Part shown: positions 1 through 13,999 of the stretch, piece after piece | How positions within the stretch are numbered: the stretch's first letter is position 1 | How the letters are laid out: every line of letters starts with the position of its first letter | NCBI GenBank assembly: GCA_030141605.1 | Contig: JAQGDQ010000181.1 | Coordinates: forward strand, 335,124 to 399,123 | Length of the DNA: 64,000 nucleotides | From: Tubiluchus corallicola | Lineage: Eukaryota > Animalia > Priapulida | Direction of reading: 5' to 3' | Program-made: the position numbers and the translations under genes | The notes under the pieces: generated by a model | What the model was told of the DNA's origin: nothing | What the model saw: the letters and a program-made list of their open reading frames with translations, nothing else | Databases searched by the model: none

Positions 1-160
1 AGCAGCCAAAAGAGCATGACCAGCTAATAACTTATACTTTATTAGGCAGTATTATAGCATACAACCCAAAAACAACAATCCATTGTTCTCAGGATTAGAC
101 CAATAAAATGAAATCACTTTAATTATTTTTTAGTCACAGATCACGAATGCAAAAGCAAAC

Positions 161-3100
161 CTGATTTAGGAGTTGACGTTTTTCCTGCCTGAATGCGTTG
201 TTGTGCAGAACTATGCACAGTATTGCTAGAAGTCACGGTTGTCTGACTAGTTCGCACAGGATTTACTCGGCTCCTAGCAGCCGTGACATTGGCTCGTGAT
301 GTGGGAATGGCAGCGGCGGCAGCAGACTAGAAAAATGGTAATGAATTCATTCGTGAATGTTTCAAATTACGAAACAATTAAAGTTTTAGAATCTCGTCAA
401 ATTCTGCAACATGTTTATTGTTTAAAAACCATTTTCAATATTTACAACTCTTAATATAACTAAAAAATTTAATGCTATAATTTAACCAACTGTGGCATAA
501 ATTTTTAATATTAGTATATAATTTAGTTTGACATGTGTCAGAATTTGTACAGTTGACCAGACAAGAAACCACTTCATGGAGCTATGTGAATAGGACTAGG
601 ACTAAATAATTTGTGGTCTAGTTTGGTTGTGTCTAGAAGAAAACTGAGGTCATCTGAAGCACTGTTTGTAAATAACAAACAAAAATTCCTTAAATGACTT
701 GACTTTAAAGCACAATAAAGCCCTCCACTTACATAAAGCTTAAACAATTTTTATACCACTTACATACTACCTTTTTGCATGCGGGGCTAGCATCAGCCAT
801 AACGCTGTATAAAACGTGTAAATTTAAACTCCCGCGATGACCGTTAGGCGCATCCATTTTAAGGGGATGTCGTTTGATACAAGGTTAGATAACATTGAGC
901 AAAGTTTGAAAAAATAATCAGAGCAGTCGTAGCATGCATGTTGCTAACTAAGTCAAATTTTAAATTACTTGTGAATAAGATTAAAAATACGTTTCTGGCT
1001 AGTGAGTGGCGCATCCTGAAGGGTGAATCAGCGACATTTTACCAATTTGCATAAACATTTCAAATTATTATTTCTATTTGCAATAAGTCTTTCCAGCAGG
1101 TAAGCGAAATGCTAAGTAATATAGATTTGCACAGAAAGTTTTTTGGGACATACTTTAACAGTTCCTGTCTTCTCCTGATTTATGTTTGAGTAGGTAACGT
1201 CATGTAATGGGGCCGTCGGAAAAGTATTGCGGAAGTTATAAAATGAAAAGAAACAAAAATTCCTTTCAACGTGAGTACGATATATGCACAAAATTGCTGT
1301 GAAGTAATATAATTTTTTAGGGTGATTTTCCGGAAGCCTACTTCAGGTACCCATTTTCTTGTCCTTTAAAACAAAAATATGTTACCTACATTTACACAAA
1401 TGTAGAAATAAAATCTTAAGTTGCCAGTTTCATTTATTGAAATGGGTTGTGTCTTAATCAAGCATTTTACTTTTGTATAAGTTTTATTGATTTTATCAGG
1501 TCCACCATCATTATTTGCCGATGGAATAAGAAAAACTTTATAGCAAACATTAATGAAAGTTATACACAAACAAGTTTGTTTTAACTCAGTACTGATTCAT
1601 ACTATTCAATATCACACTGCTAGAACAAACACAGGTACCTGTTTTGTCGTGTCATTCTGCGCCAGTGAATCCCCACCAGCCTGATTAAGTGAACCAGAGT
1701 ACCGAGAATATGCCGTACCACCAGAACGAGAAACTGCTTCCCCACCCAGACGACGTGATCTGTTGCATTAATCAATCAAAAGTGATTAATAATGAATTTG
1801 CAAAATTTCAAACAATTTACATATCAGTGATGAGTTTTTTACTGTTTAATATAATTTTTTTGTAGTTTTCACAGTCTAAGACAGATTGATTCATTTATTC
1901 ATTTAAATAAGTCAGACATCATGTTACACAAAACTGGTATCTTCAAAAAAGGTATTAAAATATTTTTAATCTCTAAAAGGTAACTATTTTTCACATCCTG
2001 TTTGTCTGTCAATAATTAAGCAGTTGACAAAGCAGTATACAATAATTAGGCAGTATACAAAAATGTTTCATTGTGTGGTAAATTCCTCTTTAAATACAGA
2101 GTTAATTATCCCAGAAACTATTTTTTACATAGGAATAATTTGTGTAACAAAGTTTTTTTGACATTTGTCTGTCATCTGGTGACGTTAACAGAAAACAGAA
2201 AAGTCATGTCGCAACATGTCAATTACTGCACGCAAAACTCAAACAAACATAAAAACAAAAGCTACTATCCTGCAAAAATGCATCACCTGTTGGTGCTGTT
2301 CACAGAAGCTTTTAACTTTGCTGGCTGAGTTTTATGTCCCGGCTCAGACTTGGTTTTCTTTGGTGGTAGTACAACTTGCAAACTAGGTGGTGTAGAGGGC
2401 AGCACCTGTAACAAAAAATATTTTTGAATACAAAAAATACTTGTATACACAAAAATATGTTGGCAACAAGTTCAAAAAATATTTCAAGCAGCTCAAAATA
2501 TTGCAGTAATAACATGTCACCATTATAAACTAGGCTGGAAGCACCAATGTGCTTGGATCCCGCAGGTCTACTTCTGATTTCTTGTAAAATTTAATGGTTT
2601 TCATAAGAAAATCCTGGGACGCATTTATGGTTAACAAGGAATCCACTTTTCTGCAGTAAATTAGATGCACAATTTTGGGGCAGATCCATTTGAAAGAACC
2701 CACAACAAGTAACAATGTATAAGGTAGATCAAATTGACGGGTGTGAAACATTTAGAGGAAGACAGGATGATTTTTTATATATTACCCCCTTTTTCAAGTC
2801 GGAAAAAATATACATTTTAACACAATTAATACTGCAAAAGCGTTTCTGATAATTAAGTAATAGATTAAATACTTAATTAACGGCGAGTGAGCCCAACTAC
2901 TGATGACATCACAAACTAAAATAGTTTTTAACAGCTAAAATATTCCAATATTAGATTAAAACAAAGAGTAGATTGTTTTGACCTACAGTTTAAGATTGGG
3001 TCTGGTTTTGCTTTAAAGGGAACATCCGAAAGCCATACTGGGAAAGAGAAAAATCAGGCTTCGTTATGGTCTATGTTAATAGCATATCAAACACAAAAAT

Positions 3101-6100
3101 AACTGACAACTAATGTTAAGCAAATGTATCGTTTTAGTTGCTCTAGACATCACAACAAACAACTATGTGTTAGAACAAATATGGAGCTTGGTAAAAAAGC
3201 ATAAAGTAAAATTCATTCCCAAATGCATCCGCCATTTTACTATTATTCAGTATTCTACTTTTTTATTTTGACAAGTGAACAAGTTAAAAATGTAATGTAG
3301 TTATACTGTTAACACGGCAGTTTTTATTAATTCTTGATAGATGTTAAAACTTACTCTCTGGTTTCTTGATGAACTGTCAGCTATTTTTTGCTCGTCACGA
3401 GGAACAATGTTACTAGGAGGTGCCTGATGACGATGTCGACGAGGGACGCCCGGCGAGTATTGAGGAGCTTGTTGTTTTGGTAGTACTTGGACGTCTTTCG
3501 CTCTATTTGATTTGGCTGAATCGTTCACATCAGCACACACGGCCTGCAAGTAATCTCTGTGTCAAACTGAGAATTCTGGATACATACACTGAAAGCCATG
3601 AAAGCAAACCAAAGAAACTCAAAGATATTTTAATAATGCATCATAGCCTCACAGGTCAAAGATGATGAAGGACACAAGCCATTTGCCTGCCGAAGACGAC
3701 CTTTCTCTCACTGTAGGAAAACCAGTAAGGTAAAAAAACTTTTATTAGATTTAGACAATTGTGATGTCGATACTACATCATAAATTTCAAATATCATTTG
3801 AAAATTAGGCAAAACACTCATTGGTTAACCTTAAATCAGTTCATCTCTAAACTTATTTAAAAACTCCTTTAGGAGAGCTTAAATTATATTATGGAGATTA
3901 GTAACCTTTCTTGCTTCACTAAAAACAAAAATTGGAATTTTCTCAAAATGCTAAAGTCACAAAATTTGACAAAAGAAAAGGGAAATTAGCAGTCTGAAAT
4001 CACTGCAAGGATCTAGCTAAAAGAAGGTAGAACTGCATATATGACCAGCAGGTCACACAAATGCAGCACACAAATACGTAAATTTGAAAAATGTAAAAAG
4101 AAAAATGAAAGCGTAAATTTTGCAAAGCTTTGCAGTTATCGGCAAGTAAAGACACAGAAATTTTCTGCCATTTATTGTTTAGTTTTTTCAAAAAAACATG
4201 AAAGATAGTTTAATCACAGAATGTGTATGCAAAGTGAGCTTACATTTGCTTAAAAACTCATAGTTTTGCACTTCCTGATCATATGGTGCCCACATTTGTG
4301 GCAGAGAGATGTTGTAAGGCAGAAAGAGAACCATGCTTATGTAACGTAATGTTTTTGCAAAACGTCACGATTGTTTACAAGTGAAAAAATACAGCCACCG
4401 TGATACAGAGTATCATAATCGTGAGTTGTCTGATAACACTCATAATTGGCTACTGAGTTGTGATTCGTTTGATTCTCACTGGTCTTTATTGACCATCTGC
4501 ACATCAACGGTAGTCATATAGCAGCACATTACAGTTCTTATGCATAGATCTTTGCGAGATGGTAAAATTCAAATCTGCACCACTTACCCCAAAAATCAAT
4601 AGGATCCGAGTTTGACCCATGTCCCCCTCTGGAACTTCCTAGATTATGCCGGGCCAAAAGAAGTTAAGTTAGCGGCAAGACAGACACACAGCCAGGCAGA
4701 AAGACAGACCAACCAATAATTCTATAGTTAGTCACTTCATAGGGACAATTATAACAATTTATTTGTGTGATTACCTGATGCTGTAGAAGGCAACTTGCTG
4801 GAAAAGCTTCTTCACAAAATTCACATGGCAACCATTCTTCATCTGCTTCCTGCTCTACTTGTTCATGCAAGACTGGCGAGTTTCTGAAAGACAAAGAACA
4901 ACTTATCATTGAACAAAGCTGACAAGACTGCAGACTTAACAACACGAGCTTAAAGGACTAAGAGGTCTTGTCAGCATTGCAGGTAACAAACACCAGTATT
5001 CTACAGAAAACAGATCACAAGATTTTGATAAAATTTGGCCATTTTTAACTAAAATCGATTGACAATTGTGAATTGGCTGAACTCAGATTAGTGAGGGATA
5101 TCCGCTGTATTTTTAAAATCGATTAACTGGCTACAAAACCAATTAGATACTCGATTATAATCAATTTAAAAGAAAGCAGGTGCATATTCGAATCACATGC
5201 TCTTACTTACGAGAAGCCTTCTCTTCTAAGCAGTGACGCCAGCGCACTAAGTTACTGCTAAAACATGACATCATATACAGTGGCGGCTTATGTGTAGGTA
5301 CTGCAGAATGCAGCACTCCCTATTTTCACTCGATATTATCGATAATATTTAATATAATAAATCTTTTTTCTTTAGTTCCTTTTTATTGGAACCAGAGCAT
5401 GTGAGGGTAGCATTGTTTGCTTCAGTGCACTCCAGCAATGCTTTTTTCTATTGTGCGCATGCGGCTATGAGCACATGTCTGAGCCCAGGTAGAAAAAGTA
5501 CTGTCACTCACACAGTTTGTTGTCAGTAGTCATGTGCTTATCGTGAATGGATCAAGCTTGAACTGCGACAATTTAGGCTATTAGTAAGCAAAAAACATTT
5601 TTTGTTTAGGATTCTATCAAGTTTATGCATAAGTTTTTGTATATTTGTTTAAAATTACAATTACAAATTACAACATTAAAATTACATATGTTCGTTTCAT
5701 TTCACATAGTATTTAAACAATGACTAAAAATTTTCTGAAGCAGCATCCACGGTAATTTTAGGCAGACTGCCACTGATCATATTATTTGATTTTACTGTAA
5801 TGACTTCTAAATTTGTAAGGTGATTTTTATGGATTTTCCGAAAAATGAGTTGAAAATGGTCCTGATAATACAATTGATTTGCATTAATAGCTGCAAAAAT
5901 AACTGATGATCGGAAACAAAAGCCCAAAGCAATTATAATCGATTAAATCCATTAATACAGTAGTTGCCGCTTAACAGACTCACTTTGGGACCGACGTGTT
6001 TTGACCCAATTAACCGACTGAACCTATTAACCAATGGGTGTAGTATTACTGCTATAGAAGTATGAGTCATCAGCTTACTACGATTCCTTTGTGCAGTTAA

Positions 6101-9100
6101 AAATTAGAAAAAAATATTTTAAAATATTAATTTGTAGAAGTTAATTAACAATAACAGATTCAAAGCAAAGCTAGCGTATTAGCGCATGATAAACGTACCT
6201 GTTTACAAACAAAATGGTACTTAACATGATTGTTTCTACATATATGATGCACAAAAGGGAAGTAAAGATGACATTAAAGGCAGAAAAAGCTGTTTGGGCA
6301 CATACAAATATCTTATTTTAACTATGTGAAGAAAAATTTTGAGTCAATTAAGTGAAGTTATTTGAGTCAATTATCGATAGTTTTTATGTATATTTGGATA
6401 GAAGCGGCCCCATTCCAGGCGTTTTGACTCAATTAAGCAATTGAGTCTATTAAGCGGCGCCTACTGAAAGTCTAATTGGTCTTGAAACTAACTCAGATAA
6501 ACCAATAAATTATGGATATGAATCGATCGATAATCAGATATTTCATTAGTGAAAAATGTGCATAGAAATTAAATGTAAAAACAAAAGAATTGCTTCGAAA
6601 ACACTCGAGCTTTACTTGAAGGAGAAAAAGGTGGTAAACCTTAAATTATCTGAGGACAAATTATCAACAATTTGGGGTTGCTCGGTGATGCTGGGTTCTC
6701 TGTTGACTTTGTTGTTCAGCTGTACTGTTGAGTCCTTTACAGTAGGCACCAAATGAGCTAGCTCGGTGTTGCATCCGGATTGGTGCTGGATCAGAACATC
6801 TGGATGGAACAACTCGTTGCAAAACTCACATGGAAGGGCTGATGAATTTTCTGCAAAGTAAGAGGAAGCATGTTGAGTATAGTTCTTCGTCGATGGCTAT
6901 TTCATACCACTTTATAACATTTTAGGATTTCGCCTTCTATTAGTTATAACATACCACAAGAAGTTTCATACTAGGACTGCACTGCTGGTGACAACATGTG
7001 AACAGCAGTGCAGGCACTAAAAGCACTACCCCATCAGTAATATAGCGTACAAATATTCTGGGATTTTCGAATTACCTATAAGGGGCCATACACATATAAC
7101 GATATCAAGTTTTCGGCCGATTTCTTGCCCACCTACCTTGCATTATAAGGTATTATATTAAGCTCCATCACCTATATATTGATAACGATATCACAACAAT
7201 GCAGCTTTTTTACATTCTATTCTTCCTCCTCCCAAGCATAGGATACGACATCATAAACAAACACAGTGAACCGAGATTTCTGACGATAATGGCAGCCTGC
7301 TGGGAACAGGACCAGCGCAAAATGGCTGCACCATTATAGCCGTCATCTGCTGCTAGCACGCACATGCATGAAAAAAATGTGAAGTCAGATAATGATATCA
7401 TGATAAATCATCTAACTACCATTCATAATAAAAGCATTATCATGTCTCCTGCCACCTACCAACCTTAAACTTCATATCGTTATATGTGGCCTCTAACCTC
7501 AAACTGAACTGGCCACTCACAATCTCACAACTTTCATATAGACAATGCTAGCAGAGCAAACTAATTTGTGGACAGACCCACATTTTAGATTTTTTTTCCC
7601 GTAAAAATTATCATGTTATTAGACCTACTCAGTGTGCATAGATAAGGCCCAATACATGACATACCATGCACTGTAGCCCTAGGACAAAACCCGTGGCTGT
7701 AGATGGTACATAAAAAGACGTCAATGACCAAAGGCTATTGCATAACCACATTTAATCTTTCCACCACTGTATTGAATAAATGAACTAAGTTCGACTTGTA
7801 CACTGCACGTGCACAGCAGTCGATACATGTGAAAAAATGTCATTTTATTTCAAGTCTTTCACTCTGTACGATCGGAGGTAACAGTGCATTCTACCACAAG
7901 GCAAACTTATTATTAAAAATTTTGAATAAAGTGATTTTAAGTCGTTACACGGTATCAAGATAATTCACTATGCCTAACAATTATCAATTACCAAAGAACA
8001 ATTACACAAAGACTTACCATCGTCAGACACATTAGGAGAGGGTGAACAAGGCGACAATGTGTCTCCTAGACTCAACGACGTGTCCCCATAGTGAACATCT
8101 TCGGCAAAATTATGCTTTGCCAGATGAATATCTGTATACACTTGATCCCCGAGACCATCTTCGGCACACAATTGCCATGCCAACGCTTCATCAGCATCCA
8201 TGTCTCGCAGCCTCTCCTCTTCTAAAATTCAAAAAATGATGTAGAAAGCAAACTTCTCCTCTATCAATCGTTATAAAGCACTGTACGTGGCCTTCTTAAT
8301 AAACTCACAAAAGACCAACAAGCCATGCAGGATTACAAGAACATGACAACACGACTTTGTGATACATGTATTGGGCACCCACACTTACCAAAATCGCATA
8401 ACAAAAAATGATAGCATAAGATTCTTTTCATTGAATCAAGGTCATCAAGGCTACTACTACCTGAAAGCTGCTTGAAAACTCAGCAAACTCATTAATTAGG
8501 TTATGACTGTGAATACCAGAATATTGATAAGCTATTGCAGCTTATTTCACAACAATTATTACCTGTTGTGAGTAATGAGTTAAAAGAAGATATTCTTAAA
8601 ATCTGGCAAACTAACATCAATAACAGTAATAACAGACAGTCTGAGTACCTTCCAAAATATATTAGTGAGTGGAAATCAAAACGAATGCTGGTATTGATTA
8701 ACAGCTATTTGAAAATCAAGCAAAGAGAAATAAATGCTTGCCTGATAAGATATTCTTCGAATCATCCAGTCTAGTTTTGCCAAAATATTCCGAAGCTGCA
8801 ACAGTTGGTATCTGATTTGTCCGTTTGTCCTGATTGTGTATATTATCAACAACAGACACGGTTGGCTTGCTGACAGTACTCTCTCGAACATTATTTGGTA
8901 CGGAAGAACTATCTGGTTCCTCGTGAGGTCTGCTGGGAAACTCTGGGAGGTATTCAGCATAGAAATCTCGAAACGTGTTGTCCGCTACTAGCACATTATA
9001 CCTGTTCTCGTCACTGCCTATTTCATCAAAAATTGTCCTCGAAATAGGTTTCCTTGCGGGGAAAGCACAGTTTGACACCTCGTGCTGTATGAGGTCTCGC

Positions 9101-12100
9101 TTTTGCACATATTGTCTGCATTTCTCACAAGACTCGGTTCGTGACCCGCACTGCACCAAATGTTCCTCTAGACTATCTCCACACAATTCCAAATCACAGA
9201 AGTGGCAAGGAACAAGACGCTTTGGACAAGTCAGCTAGACAGACGAACATTATAAAATAAACAAGTTGTACTGACATTACACTACTCAAAATAACATTCG
9301 GCAATTACAGTTATTCGCTATGTGTAAACATTTGTATAGTAAGCAGGTTTATATGGGCTAAAAAAATATAATCATTCATGAAGGTTAGGAAGCTTCACAT
9401 TATATTTCCCATTGAGAATGAAAATACGAATTTTTTTCCAAACTGCAAATTTATTCTAAGGCACAAGAAACACTTAAAAAATGACAACACTCTTCTACTT
9501 TATCATGACGTCATTATCAAGTGTTCTAATAGCAAAAACATGCAACATTTTTTTTAAAACATCACAAACAGTTGGGATAAATGCTTCAGTAAGCAAAAGC
9601 AAATAGTTACTGCAGTCTAAACATCTTTTAAGACAGTATCCAGTAGTAAACTGGGTTATCCAGCTACAAAAACATCATTAGCGTAGCACCTAAGAACCCA
9701 TTACTTTTTTGACCATTTACTATCAAAGTAATTCTTTTACTAATGTAACTGTTACTATTACATTTCTGAAAACTGTAGAACTCTCTACAGTAACAAGTTT
9801 CACTGTCAGAAAAAGAGACTAGTCACAGTTACAATTCACTCTCCACCAACAGAAAACTAACTAGTTAATGGAACCTGTTACAATTACGACTTAGTTTCCG
9901 AAAAATTGTAACTCATTGCGGTTACAGTTCCAAATTAAAGTATGTATAACAAAGTGCAAGCAAACAAGAAAGTGTGTAAATAAAAACTTGCCAGGTTTTT
10001 GGCAAATGCGTTTCAAATGCAACAAGGGAATTTCAAAGGTTATCTCTCAGTGAGTTCGTAGACGAGCAATTAACAAAACCGTAACATAAAAAGGAACGGA
10101 TTAACGAAAGCTTGAAAAAGCTTAAATAATAAAACAGTTTGTCAAATGTAGGCTCGAAGATATTGCACTCTAATAGTTTGTGTGTGTGTTAATGACCGTA
10201 TGGTCGTACACTCACCTCGCCCTACTCAAATTATTTTATTTAAAATTTATTAATGTGTTTGATATTGTTGATAGTTCATAGTTATGAATGTAAAGCAATT
10301 CAAAAATGATTTTAAAAAGCTTTCGTTGTTGAGCAGAAGTAAATCATATGATACGACTGAAACTGTTTTCTGTATATTTGACCTAAGCATTTATGCATTG
10401 ATTGATTTCAGCTGAAGCTTGAACAAGTTATCTTCTTGGTTAAACTGATTTTCTAATTTCAATTTAAACTAATAAATAAAATCGTTGTACTTTCACTGCT
10501 CTACCTCTAAATTTAGCTAGGCAATAACTGCTAAATTTCTTCATTTGTATAGTTATTCGGCGTATTTTTGTTGGCTCTGAATGCACAATAAATTATAAAA
10601 AAAATGATAACTACATATCATTTAAAAATTTACAATAACTACACAAAATTTGTAAATTTGTAACTACGTGTTATGCATATTTGTTTTAAACTGATTTCAG
10701 ATGGTTCTGCCATCGACTCGAAAGTTAAGCAACTACTGTACTACTACAAAAACTAGCTAAGTTACAAGGCGTTACAAAACTACTGTTCTGTTGAGAGTTT
10801 TCTCTCTGACAGCAAACTCTCAAGTGTGAACTGCTTTGCAAGTTACTGTCGGCAAGAAATTACAAACTCTCCTACAGTTGCGGTGAGTTGATTTACTATC
10901 TAGTGTGAACACCTAGTGCATTACTCTTGATGCTTCTCACAGTGAACAGAAACGGGAGTGTCAGCTCACGCTTACTATCGGAGAATAACTCGCAGTAAGT
11001 TTTGCTCTCTAGTCTGAACATGTTTGCAAGTTACATAGCGAGTTTAGTTAGCAAGAAAGCTCGCTAATCTGAATCTGCTTTTAGTCTTAACAAACCTGAT
11101 GATTCGCTAGTTGTGATTTCTCTACACCAGCATCACACAGCGAACAAGACACTACAGCATGATATTCATCATCATGATCTTGCAACTGATCCTTTGGAAC
11201 TGGTTCATCACATTTGCGACAAAGAATTATGTTCCGTGAACAGTGAACTTGATGCAACTGAAAATTGGCCAAAGAGACGTCCCTTTTGCTAGATTAAATT
11301 AAAAAAACTATCATTATACACAAAATTAAAATTACAGTTAAATCTAAAAACGTCCATGTTATTTGTTATAATAATAGTAACTATTATATGTATACATTTA
11401 TTCGCTTTGAATAAATTTACTCTGTTCTGTTGTATCCAAGAGTTTTCTTATTCCACTCTATTCTATACTATTTCACTCTTCTCTGACTCCACTCCGTAAC
11501 TTCATTCTGCTCTATTCTCATGTCACACCCTGTCGCAATCCCGTCGCACCCAAATTTACTCTATTCTACCCTATTTTTGTTCATTAGTTCTCTCTGTCGA
11601 AATTTTGATTCTTCTTTAGGTCAAGATATTTTTCTCCAATTTACTCTGCAGAAACAACAAGTTGGTAGCCATGTTGCAATGCCCACACCCAAAGCTTAGG
11701 CTTATCTGTTTTTTATCTAGGGGTAAGGTGACTACTCCTGTAATATAGCAGCATAACACATTAAAATTCATGAGCACTGTATTAGCTATAGACGATCACA
11801 CAAAGGCTGAAAATTGCCGATAGTGACAGGTTTTCACTAGGTGTCAAAATCCTGAGCTATGTATCTGATTTTGTGCATTTTTACCAAAATCAAAAATTAC
11901 AAAACTTATTCATTCTGTCCCCATGTTGCTATTCAACCAGATAACTAACCCATAAACTGCCACTGCTAAGGTTTTTAGACAAATGATGAAGCTACAGACT
12001 TTAATAACAGATATCAACCCTGACTGTCCTATACTCTGGGCACAAACAATAACCAATATCGTATTTAACATTTAGCACCTGTGCTTAATTAAAGGCCTGT

Positions 12101-12532
12101 CTGAGTAAGCGCTCCAGGAAAAATCATAAAAAATAAGAAGCACCCTTGTTTGAATAACCACCGAGGTACAGATTGCAAACAATAGCATTTATTAAACACT
12201 ATCTAAGTAATATGCAAGTCACCAAGCCAGTCAACTGGTGACAATCAAATGTGCAAGCTACTCGCCATCTGTAACAGGCAGCTAACAATTTTCATTATAA
12301 TTTTCAAGTACCGAGAACGACAGTATGCATGGGACTATGCTGTATTGTTACCTGGTGCACATAAGCAATAAGAGATTTAAAAATTAATAAGCTCCGTTTG
12401 AATAAGGACCAGTTGATTAATTTGGTTGAAAAACAGAAAGCCCCAGGCTCTAAAATGAGTAAACACAATAAATACACAGCATAGTGATACTTGCCAATTT
12501 GGACAAGTTTTGGAGTCATCTTCCATTTTCAT
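161..12532 (-). CDS. TRAFD1: TRAFD1/XAF1-family TRAF-type zinc-finger protein (multi-exon; 3' end beyond the window edge)
   Basis: Phase-consistent exons (minus): 12532-12495 (MKMEDDSKTCPNC), 11288-11096 (KRDVSLANFQLHQVHCSRNIILCRKC...), 9234-8742 (LTCPKRLVPCHFCDLEL...CGSRTESCEKC), 8221-8018, 6850-6640 (LPCEFCNELF...HQSGC), 4883-4775 (LPCEFCEEAF...HQ), 3543-3355, 2405-2287, 1759-1639, 326-161. N-terminal C-x2-C...HxxHC, CGSRTE and LPCEFC motifs are characteristic of XAF1/TRAFD1. The last visible exon ends in a GT donor, so the gene continues leftward. Family call is from motif recognition; TRAFD1 versus XAF1 is not resolved. Confidence 0.85.
709..1365. mobile_element. Kolobok-like non-autonomous DNA transposon, family A copy 1
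   Basis: TTAA at 705-708 and 1366-1369; termini AGCACAA...TTGTCCT (imperfect TIR, RR...YY ends); a diverged inverted copy is at 60966-61642. Confidence 0.75.
5958..6466. mobile_element. Tigger/pogo-type MITE
   Basis: TIRs CAGTAGTTGCCGCTTAACAGACTCA / TGAGTCTATTAAGCGGCGCCTACTG, TA on the left flank. The first ~120 bp are the reverse complement of 47400-47526, which adjoins a pogo transposase remnant. Confidence 0.8.
9635..10915. repeat. Degenerate repeat rich in GTAACT/AGTTAC motifs, probably an old hAT-like non-autonomous element
   Basis: Many GTAACT/AGTTAC/AACTAC motifs cluster at both ends of this intronic interval; no clear TIR or TSD; boundaries approximate. Confidence 0.3.
11420..11575. 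repeat. Degenerate pentamer microsatellite (CTCTA/TTCTA-like)
   Basis: Repeated actct/attct/ctatt units are visible. Confidence 0.55.
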
Positions 12533-12879
12533 TTATATCTAATGTACTTGTTTGTACCAGCATTCTCTGTAAAATGCACTGATATGTCACTTTTTTTATC
12601 CAACTTTGTCAATTCATCAAGTTAGCTGAAAAAAAAATACAGAAAAATCACAAACGAGCAGTCAGATTGGGAACTATCCCTGTTTGCTATATTCGGTAAT
12701 ACCCTAATAAGAAGCACGACTGTATAGAATGCGTTAATAGTTGATTGATGTTATAGCAATTAGCAACGTCTTAAGTTGATGACGGAATGAAGCCCATAAT
12801 TATTACATTTCTGAAACCAAAATAAACAAAAAGCAAGAAGAAGAAAAATAGGGCCCTACTCCCGAAAAAAGTGTTGGAT

Positions 12880-13165
12880 AGTATTGTAGTGTTAGTGATT
12901 GTATTGTAGTATTGTAGATAGTGTTAGGATAGATAGTATTGCAGTTATTTACGGAACCTTGACACAGGAGGGAGAAGGCGGCTATCTGACCTGAGCTGTC
13001 TTTCCTTTCCTGGCATTCATAAACAAATATTCAAGCCTGACTAGACTCAAGAAGGGTCAGAAGGTTCTGTTAGGGTGGCACTTGAACTAAAATGCCACTA
13101 TGGGTAGGATTTGAATCCAGAATCTCTGGACTGGCAGCCAAGTGCTATAACCACTTGGGTAATAA
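12880..13165 (-). mobile_element. Probable tRNA-derived SINE
   Basis: Minus strand from ~13165 reads ...CCCAAGTGGTTATAGCACTTGGCTGCC...GGATTCAAATCC (A-box/B-box-like head), then a body and an ACAAT/ACTAT simple-repeat tail at 12880-12940. Too degenerate to be a functional tRNA. Confidence 0.45.
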
Positions 13166-13719
13166 GAAAGGAAGAAAATGCGCAAAAGTCTTGACTGAAC
13201 CTAGATTTGAAACCAGAAAGCACTGGGTTAAAATCTGCAATGTCATGAAAACTACGCATCTGCACCTTGTAGCCCTTTCTACACAAGGCAAGACTGAATA
13301 CATCCAATTCCATGACCTTTAAAGCCCACAGCCCAAGGTTGTAATCAACACACAACACTCAATAACGAACCAAGTCCTACTTAGTCTCAAAGGGCTCAGT
13401 GAATTGACTTACTGCTTGCCTTGATCACAAGGGTCTATATGGCCCTTGAAATTAAGATTATAACTGAATTTTAACTAACTAGTATTACACTGTGACCATG
13501 ATTTTACTAGCACATACTCATATCTGTACAATACCTTTAAAAAACTTTAGTTTTTTATATTATAATAACGATAACTAGTTATAATACGTATAATAAATTA
13601 ATTACACATCTTCTATCCAGCGATCAAGACTTCATAATGACTGACTTCTATCCTTACGCTTTTGTCATCTGACACAGCACTATCAACTCCACAAATTCCA
13701 ATTTCAAGATAATCCGTAC

Positions 13720-13978
13720 CGCTGCAACAATACTGAAAGCATAATAAACAAGTGAATAATATGGCAAAAATAGCTTAAAATAAAAATGAAAACGAATACA
13801 TTCTACAAAACAAAAACTGAAATATACAAAACTAAAACAAACTTTACTGAGAGTTAGAAATCAGAATGTGCAGAATCAAAACATGTACTGTATTTTTTGT
13901 GTACAACGTCATTTCGCGCATGCGTCGTAAATCCGAGACGTCAGACCTTTTTGTTTACATTCGCACAGTCGCAGCAGC
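13720..13978. promoter_or_regulatory. Putative bidirectional promoter (TRAFD1-like / PPM1E/F-like)
   Basis: CpG-enriched patch with NRF1/Ewg-like CGCGCATGCG (13915-13924) and CRE-like GACGTCA (13937-13943). Candidate minus-strand 5'UTR donor (CAGCG|GTACGG) near 13718. Strand A/T skew flips here. Confidence 0.55.
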
Positions 13979-13996
13979 ATGGAGAAATTTGTTTGA
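13979..13996 (+). promoter_or_regulatory. uORF MEKFV* in frame with the phosphatase start
   Basis: gcagcATGG AG AAA TTT GTT TGA GAA ATG GAC: ATG at 13979, TGA at 13994-13996, main ATG at 14000. Confidence 0.6.
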
Positions 13997-13999
13997 GAA

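Noticed and set aside
2983-3040. Extra TRAFD1-like exon
   Set aside because: Its open frame is phase-incompatible with the flanking phase-0 junctions, which join directly.
13100-13165. Functional tRNA gene
   Set aside because: Only degenerate A/B boxes, no complete cloverleaf; better explained as a SINE head.
13994-13996. Selenocysteine codon in the phosphatase N-terminus
   Set aside because: No SECIS identified by eye, the position is outside the conserved domain, and PPM phosphatases are not known selenoproteins.
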